A stretch of 64,000 nt of DNA. Origin: Armatimonadota bacterium. GTDB taxonomy: Bacteria; Armatimonadota; Fimbriimonadia; Fimbriimonadales; Fimbriimonadaceae. Within the stretch, counting starts at the first letter, position 1. The number at the start of each line of letters is the position of its first letter. The notes below the pieces were generated by a model that ran no database searches, was not told the origin of the DNA, and worked only from the letters and a program-made list of their open reading frames with translations. The position numbers were made by a program, and so were the translations under genes. The stretch spans positions 89,474 through 153,473 of the forward strand of contig JAFDWS010000005.1 in the NCBI GenBank assembly GCA_018268375.1. The letters run 5' to 3'. Positions 37,748-47,337 of the stretch are shown here, piece after piece.

Positions 37748-38455
37748 ATGCAAGCAAGCGATCAAGTGGAATGTGCGCTTTGTCACCAAAAGGTTGATCG
37801 GGCCAATGCCACACAACTTAAAGACGTCCACGGCCCAACGCGGGAGACACTGTCTAAGAAGCTGGGACCTGGATCGGACGAATCGTTTCTCTGTGCGGGC
37901 TGCCTGCAACAGGAGCGCGTGGCCCAGATCGAGAAGCTTCTTCACCGGGACAAGGGGGAATTGTCGGTGCTGGAGAAAGAGGTCGTCAAGGCCATGGCAG
38001 ACCGGCGGATGTTGGCCGTCAATCCTGACGACGAAATGGATGAGCACGTCACGACTGGCGAACGGATCGCCGACAAGGTGGCGGCGTTTGGCGGTTCATG
38101 GGCGTTCATCATCACCTTCGGGTGCATCATCCTGACCTGGATCACGATCAACTCGGTGGCGCTCTTGACGAAGAGCTTCGACCCCTACCCGTTCATCCTG
38201 CTCAACCTTGTGCTCTCTTGCCTGGCCGCGCTCCAGGCGCCAGTCATCATGATGAGTCAGAACCGACAGGAGGCTAAAGACAGGAAGCGGTCCGAGCACG
38301 ATTTCATGGTGAACCTCAAGGCGGAGCTCGAAGTCAGGTTGCTCCACGACAAGATGGACCACCTTTTGCTGCACCAAATGCAGCGGCTGATGGAGGTTCA
38401 GGAACTGCAGATCGACCTGCTCCAGCAAATCCAGGAAGGCAAGAAGGCACCCTAG
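37748..38455 (+). CDS. DUF1003 domain-containing membrane protein
   Basis: FGGSWAFIITFGCIILTWI...FDPYPFILLNLVLSCLAALQAPVIMMSQNRQ..KDR matches the DUF1003 core. N-terminal CxxC...CxxC segment. Confidence 0.87.
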   Translation: MQASDQVECALCHQKVDRANATQLKDVHGPTRETLSKKLGPGSDESFLCAGCLQQERVAQIEKLLHRDKGELSVLEKEVVKAMADRRMLAVNPDDEMDEHVTTGERIADKVAAFGGSWAFIITFGCIILTWITINSVALLTKSFDPYPFILLNLVLSCLAALQAPVIMMSQNRQEAKDRKRSEHDFMVNLKAELEVRLLHDKMDHLLLHQMQRLMEVQELQIDLLQQIQEGKKAP

Positions 38456-39825
38456 GGATCGGGTACGAACCGAGCGTGGCTGTCCAAATAGACGACGCAC
38501 CTCCCGCCCCTGACCTTGATATAGCCCATCTCTGTTTCTGCAGGTCGCTCGACGCTCTTGGCGTCGCTACCGGTGAACGTGTAGACGAACCCTTGCAAAA
38601 GGCTCTCGTTTTTCAAATAAGGCATGACGCCGTCGTGAAAGTTCGCCTGCGTTGGCAGGAAGTCGTCGTAGTCGGTCGAATAGATATTGACGGCGAGCCC
38701 GACCTGCTTCACTTTCATCATCGCGATCGACCTCTCCGCTGCCGCCACCGCGGCATTGAAGCTCTTGAGGTCCATCTTCAGGATGTCGCTGACAAACCAC
38801 TGGCCATTGGAACAGAATGCGACCTTGTCCATGGACGGGGCGAGCCACACGCCCCAATCCACGCCCGCACCGATCAAGGCGCGAGGCCGGTCGGACTGTT
38901 CCCTAGCGACGAGCCACAGGTTTTGGACCAGTCGGACGGTGTCGCCGAGCTTGGCCTGGCTCGCTTGAAGCTGAAGGTCGAGTTGCGGTTCCGGAGAGGA
39001 GTAAACCGCGATCGTCTCCTGGGTTTCCGTCACTTGTCCGGACCTCGTGTCAAGGACGACGGTGCCATTGATCTTCGGGGCACCCAAGGCCTCCACGCGT
39101 CTGCTCTTGCCCACCAGGCTCAGGCCGTCGGGCGTCCAAGACGTGAGGAACACCTCGCCCCGCACGGTCGCCTTCCCCGACTTGGTGACGGTGCCATCCA
39201 GGCGGCAGACCGTGAACTCAAGGGTCGTCTTCAAGTCGCGCGGATCCATGGGTTTGTTCCTTGTTGCGCTATAGGTCACAAAGACTGGCTTAAGGGGCGA
39301 GACAAGCCGCGGTTCGTTAGTAGCAAACAGCCCGCTCCCGATTTCGCCAACCAGGCCCGTCGCCAAGTTGCAGCGCAGAACGTGCTGGGTGCCGTCGGAC
39401 ACAAAGGAACTGAGGAACACACCGGGCTCTGAGGTCCAGTCGATTTCCGTTGACTCAGGATCCTCCCGCAGCAAAAAGAAGTCGGAAACCGGCTTAGAAG
39501 CAAGCGTCAAGCGGTCGTGCCGGACATCCCAAACTTTGACCCAGTACTTGGGAGGTGTTTTCGCAACGACTCCCGCCAAGTCGCCAGCGACCTCTTTGAT
39601 GCTCGATTCCCTTGGGGTGTCGTACCCAACCAAGACACCGTAACTTCCGTCATCGCTGAATCGGGCGAGGACGACGTTGCCGCTCAGTAGGAGCCGTGGC
39701 GCGGCAACGTAGTAAGCGTTCTCGCCGGATACGACGAACGAGTCAAGGACTTCCTGCGGCGATCGCTCCTGTTGAGGCGAGACGAAGAGGGTTCCGGCAA
39801 TGAACAACGCCGCCAGGCAACGCAT
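38452..39825 (-). CDS. secreted hypothetical protein with C-terminal pseudopilin-like module (paralog of 45979..47337)
   Basis: 457 aa, signal MRCLAALFIAGTLFV. C-terminal block AAAERSIAMMKVKQVGLAVNIYSTDYDDFLP...LLQGFVYTFTG...GGRCVVYLDSHARFV is collinear with the end of 45979..47337. Confidence 0.75.
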   Translation of the reverse strand: MRCLAALFIAGTLFVSPQQERSPQEVLDSFVVSGENAYYVAAPRLLLSGNVVLARFSDDGSYGVLVGYDTPRESSIKEVAGDLAGVVAKTPPKYWVKVWDVRHDRLTLASKPVSDFFLLREDPESTEIDWTSEPGVFLSSFVSDGTQHVLRCNLATGLVGEIGSGLFATNEPRLVSPLKPVFVTYSATRNKPMDPRDLKTTLEFTVCRLDGTVTKSGKATVRGEVFLTSWTPDGLSLVGKSRRVEALGAPKINGTVVLDTRSGQVTETQETIAVYSSPEPQLDLQLQASQAKLGDTVRLVQNLWLVAREQSDRPRALIGAGVDWGVWLAPSMDKVAFCSNGQWFVSDILKMDLKSFNAAVAAAERSIAMMKVKQVGLAVNIYSTDYDDFLPTQANFHDGVMPYLKNESLLQGFVYTFTGSDAKSVERPAETEMGYIKVRGGRCVVYLDSHARFVPDP

Positions 39826-39861
39826 GCCCTATTGTGGAGCATCCAAAATCCAAAATCCCCC

Positions 39862-42423
39862 CTACTCGCCCCACTTCCTCTTCCACTCGTCGAGTTTCAT
39901 CAGGGCCTCGATCGGAGTGAGGCGGGTGACGTCCAGCCCTGACAGTTCCTTCAGCACCTCCGGCTCCTCGGCCTCGAAGAGCGTGAGTTGCACTCGGGCC
40001 AGCGAAGGGCCGATTTCTTGCAACGGTCCAGCCGAGTCCTCCAGTCGAGAAAGCACTTCCTGAGCGCGCTTCAGGACGGTTGGCGGTACCCCAGCCATCT
40101 TGGCAACTTGAATTCCATAAGACCGGTCGGTTCCGCCCGGGAGCACTTTGTGCGTCCACACGACTTGGTCGCCAACCTCCTCGACCGCGACCCTCATGTT
40201 CGTGACCACGGGAACCTGGCTGGCCAGCTCGTTGAGCTGGTGGTAATGAGTGGCGAAGAGCACTTTGGCGCGGATCCCGGCCAAATGCTCGGCCATCGCC
40301 CAGGCGATGGCGAGCCCATCGTAAGTCGAGGTACCGCGACCGACCTCGTCAAGGACCACAAGCGAGAGGGACGTCGCGTTGTTCAGGATGTTCGCGCTCT
40401 CGACCATCTCCACCATGAACGTGGACTGCCCGAGAGCAAGTTCGTCCTTCGCCCCGACACGCGTGAAGATCCTATCGCAAAGCCCGAGCCGGCAGGATGC
40501 CGCGGGTACGAACGATCCGATCTGCGCCATGAGGACGATCAAGGCGGTTTGGCGCAAGTATGTTGACTTCCCACTCATGTTGGGGCCGGTCAAGACCACG
40601 ACGCGCGTCTCGTTCCCCAGGCAAACATCGTTCGGCACGAAGACCCCGGCGACCTCGACAACGGGGTGCCGCCCAGCGATGATCTCCAAGACATCGTCCT
40701 CGACGACCTCAGGCATGACGTAGCGGCGTTGGACGGCGACCTCCGCAAGCGAGGCGAACACGTCTAGCTCGGCAATGGCCCGGGCGGTTTGGAGGAGGGC
40801 GGGCGAAAGTGCCGCGACTTGCTGCCGCAGACGTTGGAAGAGGTCGCTTTCAAGGGCCGTAGCCTTTTCCTCCGCTCCCAGCACGGCGCTTTCATGGTCC
40901 TTCAGTTCTGCGGTGATGTAGCGCTCGGCGTTCGCCGTCGTTTGCTTCCGGATGTAGTGCTCTGGAACTTTGGCGATGTGGGCGGCGGGGACTTCCAGAT
41001 AGTAGCCGAAGACGCTGTTGTAGCCGACTTTGAGTTTGTCGATGCCCGTCTTATCCCGCTCGCCCGATTCGAGCCTAGCAATGTAGCCCTTCCCGTCGCG
41101 GGAGAGCTCGCGAAGCTTGTCCAACTCTAAGTCGAAACCGGGGCGAAAGAGGCCGCCGTCCCTCGCCGTGAGAGGGGCGTCCTCAACCAGGGCGACTTTG
41201 AGCTGATGGGCCAGCTCCTCGTGGTCGCCGACACGACTGCGGACATCGAACAAGCGCCCGAGCGCCACTTTGCGGAGAGGCTCGTCAAGCACCGGCAGCA
41301 CCATCAGGGAGTTCTTGAGGGCGACAAGGTCGCGGGGCGAGGCAAGGCCCGTCGCGCATCGCGAGACCAGGCGTTCGATGTCGGCGATCTTCTTCAGTTC
41401 TTGACGGATATCGCCCCGAGGGATGGTGTGCTGGCAAAGGCGCCCAACCGCCTCGTGCCTCCCGGCAATGTCTGCCCTGTCAAGAAGGGGTTGTTCGATC
41501 CAACGCCTGACAAGGCGCGAGCCCATCGCCGTCACACAATGGTCGAGCACACCGAGCAAAGTGTTGCGTTTGCTCCCGTCGGTCATGGACTGGGTCAGTT
41601 CCAACGATCGCCGCGTGGCGGGATCAAGCCTCATGTACGCGTCGATGGAATACGTGGAAAGGGTGTCCACATGGCCGAGAGCGAGCCCGTTGGTCGCCGC
41701 GTAGTCAAGGATCATGGAGGCGGCCACGACCGCGCTCGGCTTGCCGTCGACTCCGAAACCAGCAAGGTTGGCGACCTCAAAATGCTTCAGGATCGCGCGC
41801 TCGGCACGGTCTGGGGCGGGCTTGTCTTCCTTGGTGACGGCGACGCCTAAGCCCTCCTCCGCTAACTCTGCGACCCTGGACTCGTCTTCGCTCGCGAGCA
41901 GTTCCGCCGGTCGGATGCGGGCGAGCTCCTGGAGCAATCTTTCTGCGAGTTGTTCCCCTTGGATCTCGGTGACGAGGAACTCGCCAGTGGAAGGGTCGAG
42001 GGTCGCCAGCCCGGCTCGCCCGTCCATGACGCAGACCGCTGCCAGGAAATTGTTGGCGCCGGACTGCAACATTGAGTCTTCGAGCACAGTCCCGGCCGTG
42101 AGCACGCGTGTCACGCCGCGGCGGACGAGCCCCTTTGCTTTCTTCGGATCTTCGAGCTGGTCACAGAGGGCGACTTTGTGTCCCTGGGAGACGAGCCTCG
42201 AAAGGTACTTCTCCACCGAATGAAAGGGAACCCCGGCCATGGGGATGCGCCCGTTTTCGGCGTCTTCGCGCCCGGTGAGTGTGATTTCCAGGGCGGCAGC
42301 AGCGGTCTCGGCGTCCTCGCCATAGAACTCGTAGAAGTCGCCGACGCGCATGGCCACCAGCGCGCCCGGATGGGCCGCCTTGGCCTGGAAGTACTGCTGC
42401 ATCATCGGCGTCCGGGGACGCAT
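39862..42423 (-). CDS. mutS: DNA mismatch repair protein MutS
   Basis: 853 aa. N-terminal TPMMQQY...K......L...R.GDFYE, Walker A GPNMSGKST, DELGRGT-like DEVGRGTSTYDG. Confidence 0.98.
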   Translation of the reverse strand: MRPRTPMMQQYFQAKAAHPGALVAMRVGDFYEFYGEDAETAAAALEITLTGREDAENGRIPMAGVPFHSVEKYLSRLVSQGHKVALCDQLEDPKKAKGLVRRGVTRVLTAGTVLEDSMLQSGANNFLAAVCVMDGRAGLATLDPSTGEFLVTEIQGEQLAERLLQELARIRPAELLASEDESRVAELAEEGLGVAVTKEDKPAPDRAERAILKHFEVANLAGFGVDGKPSAVVAASMILDYAATNGLALGHVDTLSTYSIDAYMRLDPATRRSLELTQSMTDGSKRNTLLGVLDHCVTAMGSRLVRRWIEQPLLDRADIAGRHEAVGRLCQHTIPRGDIRQELKKIADIERLVSRCATGLASPRDLVALKNSLMVLPVLDEPLRKVALGRLFDVRSRVGDHEELAHQLKVALVEDAPLTARDGGLFRPGFDLELDKLRELSRDGKGYIARLESGERDKTGIDKLKVGYNSVFGYYLEVPAAHIAKVPEHYIRKQTTANAERYITAELKDHESAVLGAEEKATALESDLFQRLRQQVAALSPALLQTARAIAELDVFASLAEVAVQRRYVMPEVVEDDVLEIIAGRHPVVEVAGVFVPNDVCLGNETRVVVLTGPNMSGKSTYLRQTALIVLMAQIGSFVPAASCRLGLCDRIFTRVGAKDELALGQSTFMVEMVESANILNNATSLSLVVLDEVGRGTSTYDGLAIAWAMAEHLAGIRAKVLFATHYHQLNELASQVPVVTNMRVAVEEVGDQVVWTHKVLPGGTDRSYGIQVAKMAGVPPTVLKRAQEVLSRLEDSAGPLQEIGPSLARVQLTLFEAEEPEVLKELSGLDVTRLTPIEALMKLDEWKRKWGE

Positions 42424-42528
42424 AGGGACTGTGAGGATACCGGTGGTTGGGAGCGCTGAGCTTGGATGAGCAGGGACGTCGACAACCCTAACCGCATCCA
42501 GCTCTAAGGGGCTAGAATAGTCAGGGCC

Positions 42529-42918
42529 ATGAGACTGCTGCTGGTTCGATGGATCTGCCTGGTTGTTTCGTTGATCGTAGCGTCGATGTTGACGAACATG
42601 GTGCTGCCCGGTCAGTTCGTCCTCAAGGTCGGAACCGTGCCCGATTTCCTTCAGCTTATGGTGGGCGTGGCCGTGCTCTCGCTTGTGAACGCGACGCTCG
42701 GAAACCTCCTCAAGCTGCTGACCCTGCCCTTGAACTGCCTCACCCTCGGGCTGGCATCACTGCTCATCAACGCGCTCATGTTCCTTCTCGTAGGAAACTT
42801 GCGGTTCGGCTTCGAGACGAAAGGCTTCCTCGCGGCCCTGGTCGGCAGTCTTTTGTACTCAGCGATGAACGGCGTGCTTGGCGCCTTCTTGCCGGACAAG
42901 AAGGATGACAAGGAGTAG
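42529..42918 (+). CDS. phage holin family IV (PF04020-like) membrane protein
   Basis: 129 aa, four TM segments. The core LVNATLGNLLKLLTLPLNCLTLGLASLLINALMFLLV matches the family consensus. Confidence 0.8.
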   Translation: MRLLLVRWICLVVSLIVASMLTNMVLPGQFVLKVGTVPDFLQLMVGVAVLSLVNATLGNLLKLLTLPLNCLTLGLASLLINALMFLLVGNLRFGFETKGFLAALVGSLLYSAMNGVLGAFLPDKKDDKE

Positions 42919-44221
42919 GTTTAGTTCTTACCGACTGCGGATGTGGCTGGCCCCTGCCCGGGGTTTGCGCCGTTATCTCTTCTTGGGCCTTTTCGGGCTT
43001 CTCGCCTTCCTCTGGGGCCTCGGACTGTGCTTCAACGTCATCGTCCAGCCGCTCCTTGCGCGCCTTGGACAGGCGTGGCACAACGTCATCAGCCCGTTGG
43101 TTCCGGCCCACTCTCTGAACGAGACCAACTACTTGCTCGGCGGCATCATGATGGCGCTCGGCTTTGTTGCCCTCTATGCCAGTGTCACTCGAGGCGTCCG
43201 TAGGTTGAGCGAACCCGCGACGCCCAAGGACAAGAGTTCGAGCATGGAGGCTTGGCGTCGCAAGCAACGCCTGGCGGCGGGTCCCAAGATCGTCGCGGTC
43301 GGGGGCGGAACAGGACTCAGCACGCTTCTTCGGGGCTTAAAGCAGCACTCCTCCAACATCACCGCGATCGTGACGGTCAGCGACGACGGCGGCTCGAGTG
43401 GCCGGCTCGTTCAGGAGATGGGCATCATCCCTCCCGGCGACATCCGCAACTGCTTGGTCGCCTTGGCCGACGCCGAAAAGTACATGACCGACTTGTTCCA
43501 GCACCGGTTCAAAGCGCGGGCAGGATCGCTCAGCGGCCATTCGGTGGGCAACCTCCTCATCGCTGGGTTCATCGAACAGTGCGGCGGCGACATGGACCGC
43601 GCCCTCGAGATGGCGAGCGAAGTCCTTGCGATCCGTGGCAGGGTCGTTCCTTCCACGATGGACCACGTCCGGTTGCGGGCTCTTATGGAAGATGGGACCG
43701 AAATCTGTGGCGAGACCGCCATTGTCGAGTCCGGCAAGCGCATCCGCAGGATTTTCATCGACCCTGCCGAGTGCAAGCCGCACCCCCTCGCCCTCGACGC
43801 AATCGCCGACGCGGAACTCATTTGTATCGGACCAGGCAGCGTCTACACCAGTGTGATCCCGAACCTTCTTGTGCCGGGGATCGCGGAGGCTATCGCAGCA
43901 TCGACGGCAAAGAAGGTCTACATTTGTAACGTCATGACGCAGCGGGGCGAGAGCGACGCCTTCACTGCCACTGAGCACCTCGTCGCGATCGAGGCCAACG
44001 TGGACTACAAGGTGGCGGACTATGTCGTCGTCAATACCGGTGTACCCTCGCAGTCCACGCTTGAGAAGTACCGAGGCTACCAGCAGGACCTCGTCGTTCC
44101 GGACTACGAGAGGGCAGCGACGATGGGCTACAAGCCCGTGATCGGAGATTTCATGAGCGAGATGGACTATGTGCGACACGACCCCGCCAAGCTTGCGGCA
44201 AGGATCACCGACCTGCTGTGA
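42905..44221 (+). CDS. yvcK: YvcK-like gluconeogenesis factor (CofD/UPF0052 family) with N-terminal membrane segment
   Basis: ORF 42878..44221. GPKIVAVGGGTGLSTLLRGLK, VTVSDDGGSSGRL, PPGDIRNC and GPGSVYTSVIPNLLV motifs. Start uncertain (ATG 42905 or 42941). Confidence 0.88.
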   Translation: MTRSRFSSYRLRMWLAPARGLRRYLFLGLFGLLAFLWGLGLCFNVIVQPLLARLGQAWHNVISPLVPAHSLNETNYLLGGIMMALGFVALYASVTRGVRRLSEPATPKDKSSSMEAWRRKQRLAAGPKIVAVGGGTGLSTLLRGLKQHSSNITAIVTVSDDGGSSGRLVQEMGIIPPGDIRNCLVALADAEKYMTDLFQHRFKARAGSLSGHSVGNLLIAGFIEQCGGDMDRALEMASEVLAIRGRVVPSTMDHVRLRALMEDGTEICGETAIVESGKRIRRIFIDPAECKPHPLALDAIADAELICIGPGSVYTSVIPNLLVPGIAEAIAASTAKKVYICNVMTQRGESDAFTATEHLVAIEANVDYKVADYVVVNTGVPSQSTLEKYRGYQQDLVVPDYERAATMGYKPVIGDFMSEMDYVRHDPAKLAARITDLL

Positions 44222-44772
44222 GCGGGACTCTCGTCATCCTGAGCGGCCCAAGCGGCGTCGGCAAAGACACCGTGATCGACGCGTGGCAGGTTGTCAACCC
44301 TTTGGTGGAGAGGGTCGTTGCGGTGACTACGCGCCCTCCCCGCGATGGCGAAGTCGATGGTAAGGCATACCATTTCGTTTCTCCAGAAGTCTTCGAGCGC
44401 ATGGCCGCGGAGGGCAAGTTCCTGGAGCACAAGCTCGTCCATGGGAACTGGTACGCCACTCCGGCGAGCGACGTCAACCGGCTCTTGTCCGAGGGCAAGA
44501 CCGCGATCCTCAAAATAGACGTGCAAGGGGCGATTGTCGTCATGGGGGTCCGCCCCGACGCGACCACCGTCTTCCTTCTGCCCCCGAGCAACGCGGTGCT
44601 CGAGCAGCGCATCCGGCAACGGGGCACCGAGGATGAAGCGGCGATCCAAGCTCGTTTGCACACAGCCCTTGCCGAGATCGCCCTTGCAGAGAGATACCAG
44701 CACAAGGTCGTCAACGACACTCTCGACCAAACGGTTAGCGACCTGCAAAAGATCCTGGAGGGACTGCGTTGA
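44218..44772 (+). CDS. gmk: guanylate kinase
   Basis: LSGPSGVGKDT P-loop, TTRPPRDGEVDGKAYHF. GTG start overlaps the yvcK stop (GTGA). Confidence 0.95.
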   Translation: MSGTLVILSGPSGVGKDTVIDAWQVVNPLVERVVAVTTRPPRDGEVDGKAYHFVSPEVFERMAAEGKFLEHKLVHGNWYATPASDVNRLLSEGKTAILKIDVQGAIVVMGVRPDATTVFLLPPSNAVLEQRIRQRGTEDEAAIQARLHTALAEIALAERYQHKVVNDTLDQTVSDLQKILEGLR

Positions 44773-45944
44773 ACATCGTCCTCGGGGTGAGCGGAAGCGT
44801 CGCTTGCTACCGGGCTTGCGACTTTGCCAGGGACCTAATGAGAGCAGGCCACGAGGTGCGGGTGTGCTTGACGGACGCCGGCACCGAGTTCGTCTCGCCA
44901 GCTTTGTTCGAGGCCCTGACTGGGCAACCTTGTCTCGTTGGTGCTTTCGAGGAGCCCGAGCGGGGGCGCATGGCTCACATCGATTGGGCCCGCTGGGCAC
45001 ACTTGGTCGTGGTGATGCCGGCAACCGCGAACGTATTGAACAAGCTCGCAGCCGGCGTCGGCGACGACATGTTGACCACCCTTGTGCTCGCCTTTGAAGG
45101 GTCGATCGTCGTTGCGCCCGCGATGAACCCATCGATGTACAACAATCCTGCTACTCAGGAGGCGCTCAATGTCCTCCGCTCACGAATGGTGGAGGTCGTG
45201 GAGCCGACGGAAGGGGAAGTCGCTTGCGGCGAGCAGGGCCAAGGAAAGCTTGCCGCGAACGACCGGATCCTTGCGGTCGTCGACCAAATGGTCAGGGTGC
45301 GGCGCCTCTATGAAGGCAAGAAAGTTCTTGTGACGAGCGGCCCAACCCAGGAGCCGATCGACGACGTCCGTTTCTTGTCGAACCGTTCGAGCGGCAAGAT
45401 GGGAACAGCCATCGCCAACGCCGCGCTGCGAATGGGTGCCGAGGTCGTTCTGGTGACAGGGCCCGTCTCGGTCGCTCTGCCTGTCCGGGCTAAAGTCGTC
45501 CGCGTCCGCACCGCGGAAGAAATGCTCGCCGCCTGCAGCGAGGTGATAGGGTCGGTAGATCTTGTGATTGGTGCGGCTGCGGTCGCCGATTTTCGCGTGG
45601 CCAATCCGACGAAAGGGAAGATCCGTCGTTCGGAAGGCGTGCCGCGGCTCGATCTCGAGCCTAACCCCGACATCATCGCCGCATTGGCAAAGTCTTCAAA
45701 GGCCGGGGCACGCGTCGTCGCTTTCGCAGCGGAACCTGGACCCTCGCTCGACGAGGCCCGGGCTAAGATGGCACGGAAGGGCGTGTTCGCGGTTGCCGTC
45801 AACGATGTCACCGAGCCTGGTGTCGGATTTGAAAGCGACGACAATCAGTTGACCTTGGTCACTGCGGACAAGGAAATCCGCTCGCCGCGGGCCAGCAAAG
45901 CGATTTGCGCCCAGTGGTTGTTGGAAGCCTTGGCCGACATTTAA
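44769..45944 (+). CDS. coaBC: bifunctional phosphopantothenoylcysteine decarboxylase / phosphopantothenate-cysteine ligase
   Basis: 391 aa. N-terminal flavoprotein domain (GVSGSVACYRA, PATANVL.KLA.G..DD) and CoaB domain (TSGPTQEPIDDVRFLSNRSSGKMG). TTG start overlaps the gmk stop. Confidence 0.95.
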   Translation: MNIVLGVSGSVACYRACDFARDLMRAGHEVRVCLTDAGTEFVSPALFEALTGQPCLVGAFEEPERGRMAHIDWARWAHLVVVMPATANVLNKLAAGVGDDMLTTLVLAFEGSIVVAPAMNPSMYNNPATQEALNVLRSRMVEVVEPTEGEVACGEQGQGKLAANDRILAVVDQMVRVRRLYEGKKVLVTSGPTQEPIDDVRFLSNRSSGKMGTAIANAALRMGAEVVLVTGPVSVALPVRAKVVRVRTAEEMLAACSEVIGSVDLVIGAAAVADFRVANPTKGKIRRSEGVPRLDLEPNPDIIAALAKSSKAGARVVAFAAEPGPSLDEARAKMARKGVFAVAVNDVTEPGVGFESDDNQLTLVTADKEIRSPRASKAICAQWLLEALADI

Positions 45945-45978
45945 GAACTTTTGCCCCTGCTGGTGCACACTATAGGGC

Positions 45979-47337
45979 ATGCGCTGGTTCTTGGCTCTTC
46001 TCGGCGTGTTGGTCGGCTCGGCTGGTTCGTGCCAGTCCGCTGAAAGGATGCTCCTTTCTGGCGAGGACGCTTTTCTGGTCATGCCTCCTAAAACCGTGTC
46101 GAACGACATGGTGATGAACTGGAGCTTGTCGCCGGACGGTCGCTTTGTGCTCTTTGAGGCGCTCGACGTCAAGGGGAAGTTCAGCGATTTGATTCATCAG
46201 ATGGGAAAGGGCGACTCACAGAAGGGGCCGGGAACCTTGATCAAGCTCTACGACTCTGTGAAGGACGAAGTGACGGTCGTCGGCAAGCCGGGCGAGGAAT
46301 GGAACTTTTCGCAAACAGCGTGGACTGTCGCGCCCCTTGCGCTGTTCGCCACGGTGACGGAGACTGTCAAGACGACGGCAACCTCCTCGATGGTCCGTAG
46401 GTTGGTACGGATCGACCTCGCCACGAAAAAATCCCAAGTTCTTTCAACCTGCGACCGAGAGAGCCTCATGAGTTCGACAGTGGCGGCCGCGCCGAAATCA
46501 GCTTTGGTTGTTGACGTCCGTTCTCGGCTGATCGACTTCAACGATGCTTCAAGAAAGGCGGAGTACACAATCGTCGTCTACGGTGCGGATGGGAGGGAGG
46601 TCTCGAAAAGCGAGTTCCAGTCAACCGACGTCCTCCTTTTCGAGAACCAGTGGGAAAGCTCTGGTCTGAGATTGCTGGGTTCTTCTCGAAGGAGGGAAGG
46701 CAAAGGCATGACAGCGAGCTTCGCCTTGCTCGAGGTTCCTAGCGGAAAGATCATGACCTCGACCGCGGAGCCAGCGCCCTACAAGCCGGCCAGTCCGGCA
46801 CCAGCGCCATTCATCGTCCAACAACTGCCTGCGGTGATCTCGGCCGAGAGTACGAAAGTCGGCCTTACGGCGCTCTGGCTGGTCGGAACGAAGCCAGAGC
46901 CGCACAATCGCGCCCTCGTTGCTCCAGACATGGACGGGCAATCGGTCGTCACCCCGGACTTCGGCACCATTTACTACATGGACAAGTCTCGGCTGTACAA
47001 CTGCGAGATCGTCAAGGTGGACAAGGAAATGGTCCTCAATGCCATTGACGCGGCGGCCCGAACGGCCGCCCTGTCCCGAGCCAAGCAAGTCGCTTTGGCA
47101 GCCTTGCTGTTCGCAACCGACAATGACGACCTCATGCCTTCTCGTGACTCTTTCGGCGACAAGCTCGGACCCTATTTGAAAGACAACAGCCTGCTCGATG
47201 GTTTCGTCTACACATACTCGGGCGGGAGACTGACCGACGTCGCCGATCCGTCCAAAACGGTCCTCGGATATGTGGACACGAACGGCGGCAGGTGTGTCGC
47301 CTATGTCGACGGGCACGTGAAGTTCGTGAAGAACTAG
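45979..47337 (+). CDS. secreted hypothetical protein with C-terminal pseudopilin-like module (paralog of 38452..39825)
   Basis: 452 aa, signal MRWFLALLGVLVGSAGS. C-terminal AAARTAALSRAKQVALAALLFATDNDDLMP...LLDGFVYTYSGG...GGRCVAYVDGHVKFV. Confidence 0.75.
   Translation: MRWFLALLGVLVGSAGSCQSAERMLLSGEDAFLVMPPKTVSNDMVMNWSLSPDGRFVLFEALDVKGKFSDLIHQMGKGDSQKGPGTLIKLYDSVKDEVTVVGKPGEEWNFSQTAWTVAPLALFATVTETVKTTATSSMVRRLVRIDLATKKSQVLSTCDRESLMSSTVAAAPKSALVVDVRSRLIDFNDASRKAEYTIVVYGADGREVSKSEFQSTDVLLFENQWESSGLRLLGSSRRREGKGMTASFALLEVPSGKIMTSTAEPAPYKPASPAPAPFIVQQLPAVISAESTKVGLTALWLVGTKPEPHNRALVAPDMDGQSVVTPDFGTIYYMDKSRLYNCEIVKVDKEMVLNAIDAAARTAALSRAKQVALAALLFATDNDDLMPSRDSFGDKLGPYLKDNSLLDGFVYTYSGGRLTDVADPSKTVLGYVDTNGGRCVAYVDGHVKFVKN

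Noticed and set aside
43911-43925. Near match to the candidate operator (GGTCTACATTTGT) inside yvcK. Partial matches also occur at about 6351 and about 30911.
   Set aside because: These lie within coding sequence, are single copies with mismatches and have no promoter context, so they are most likely chance.
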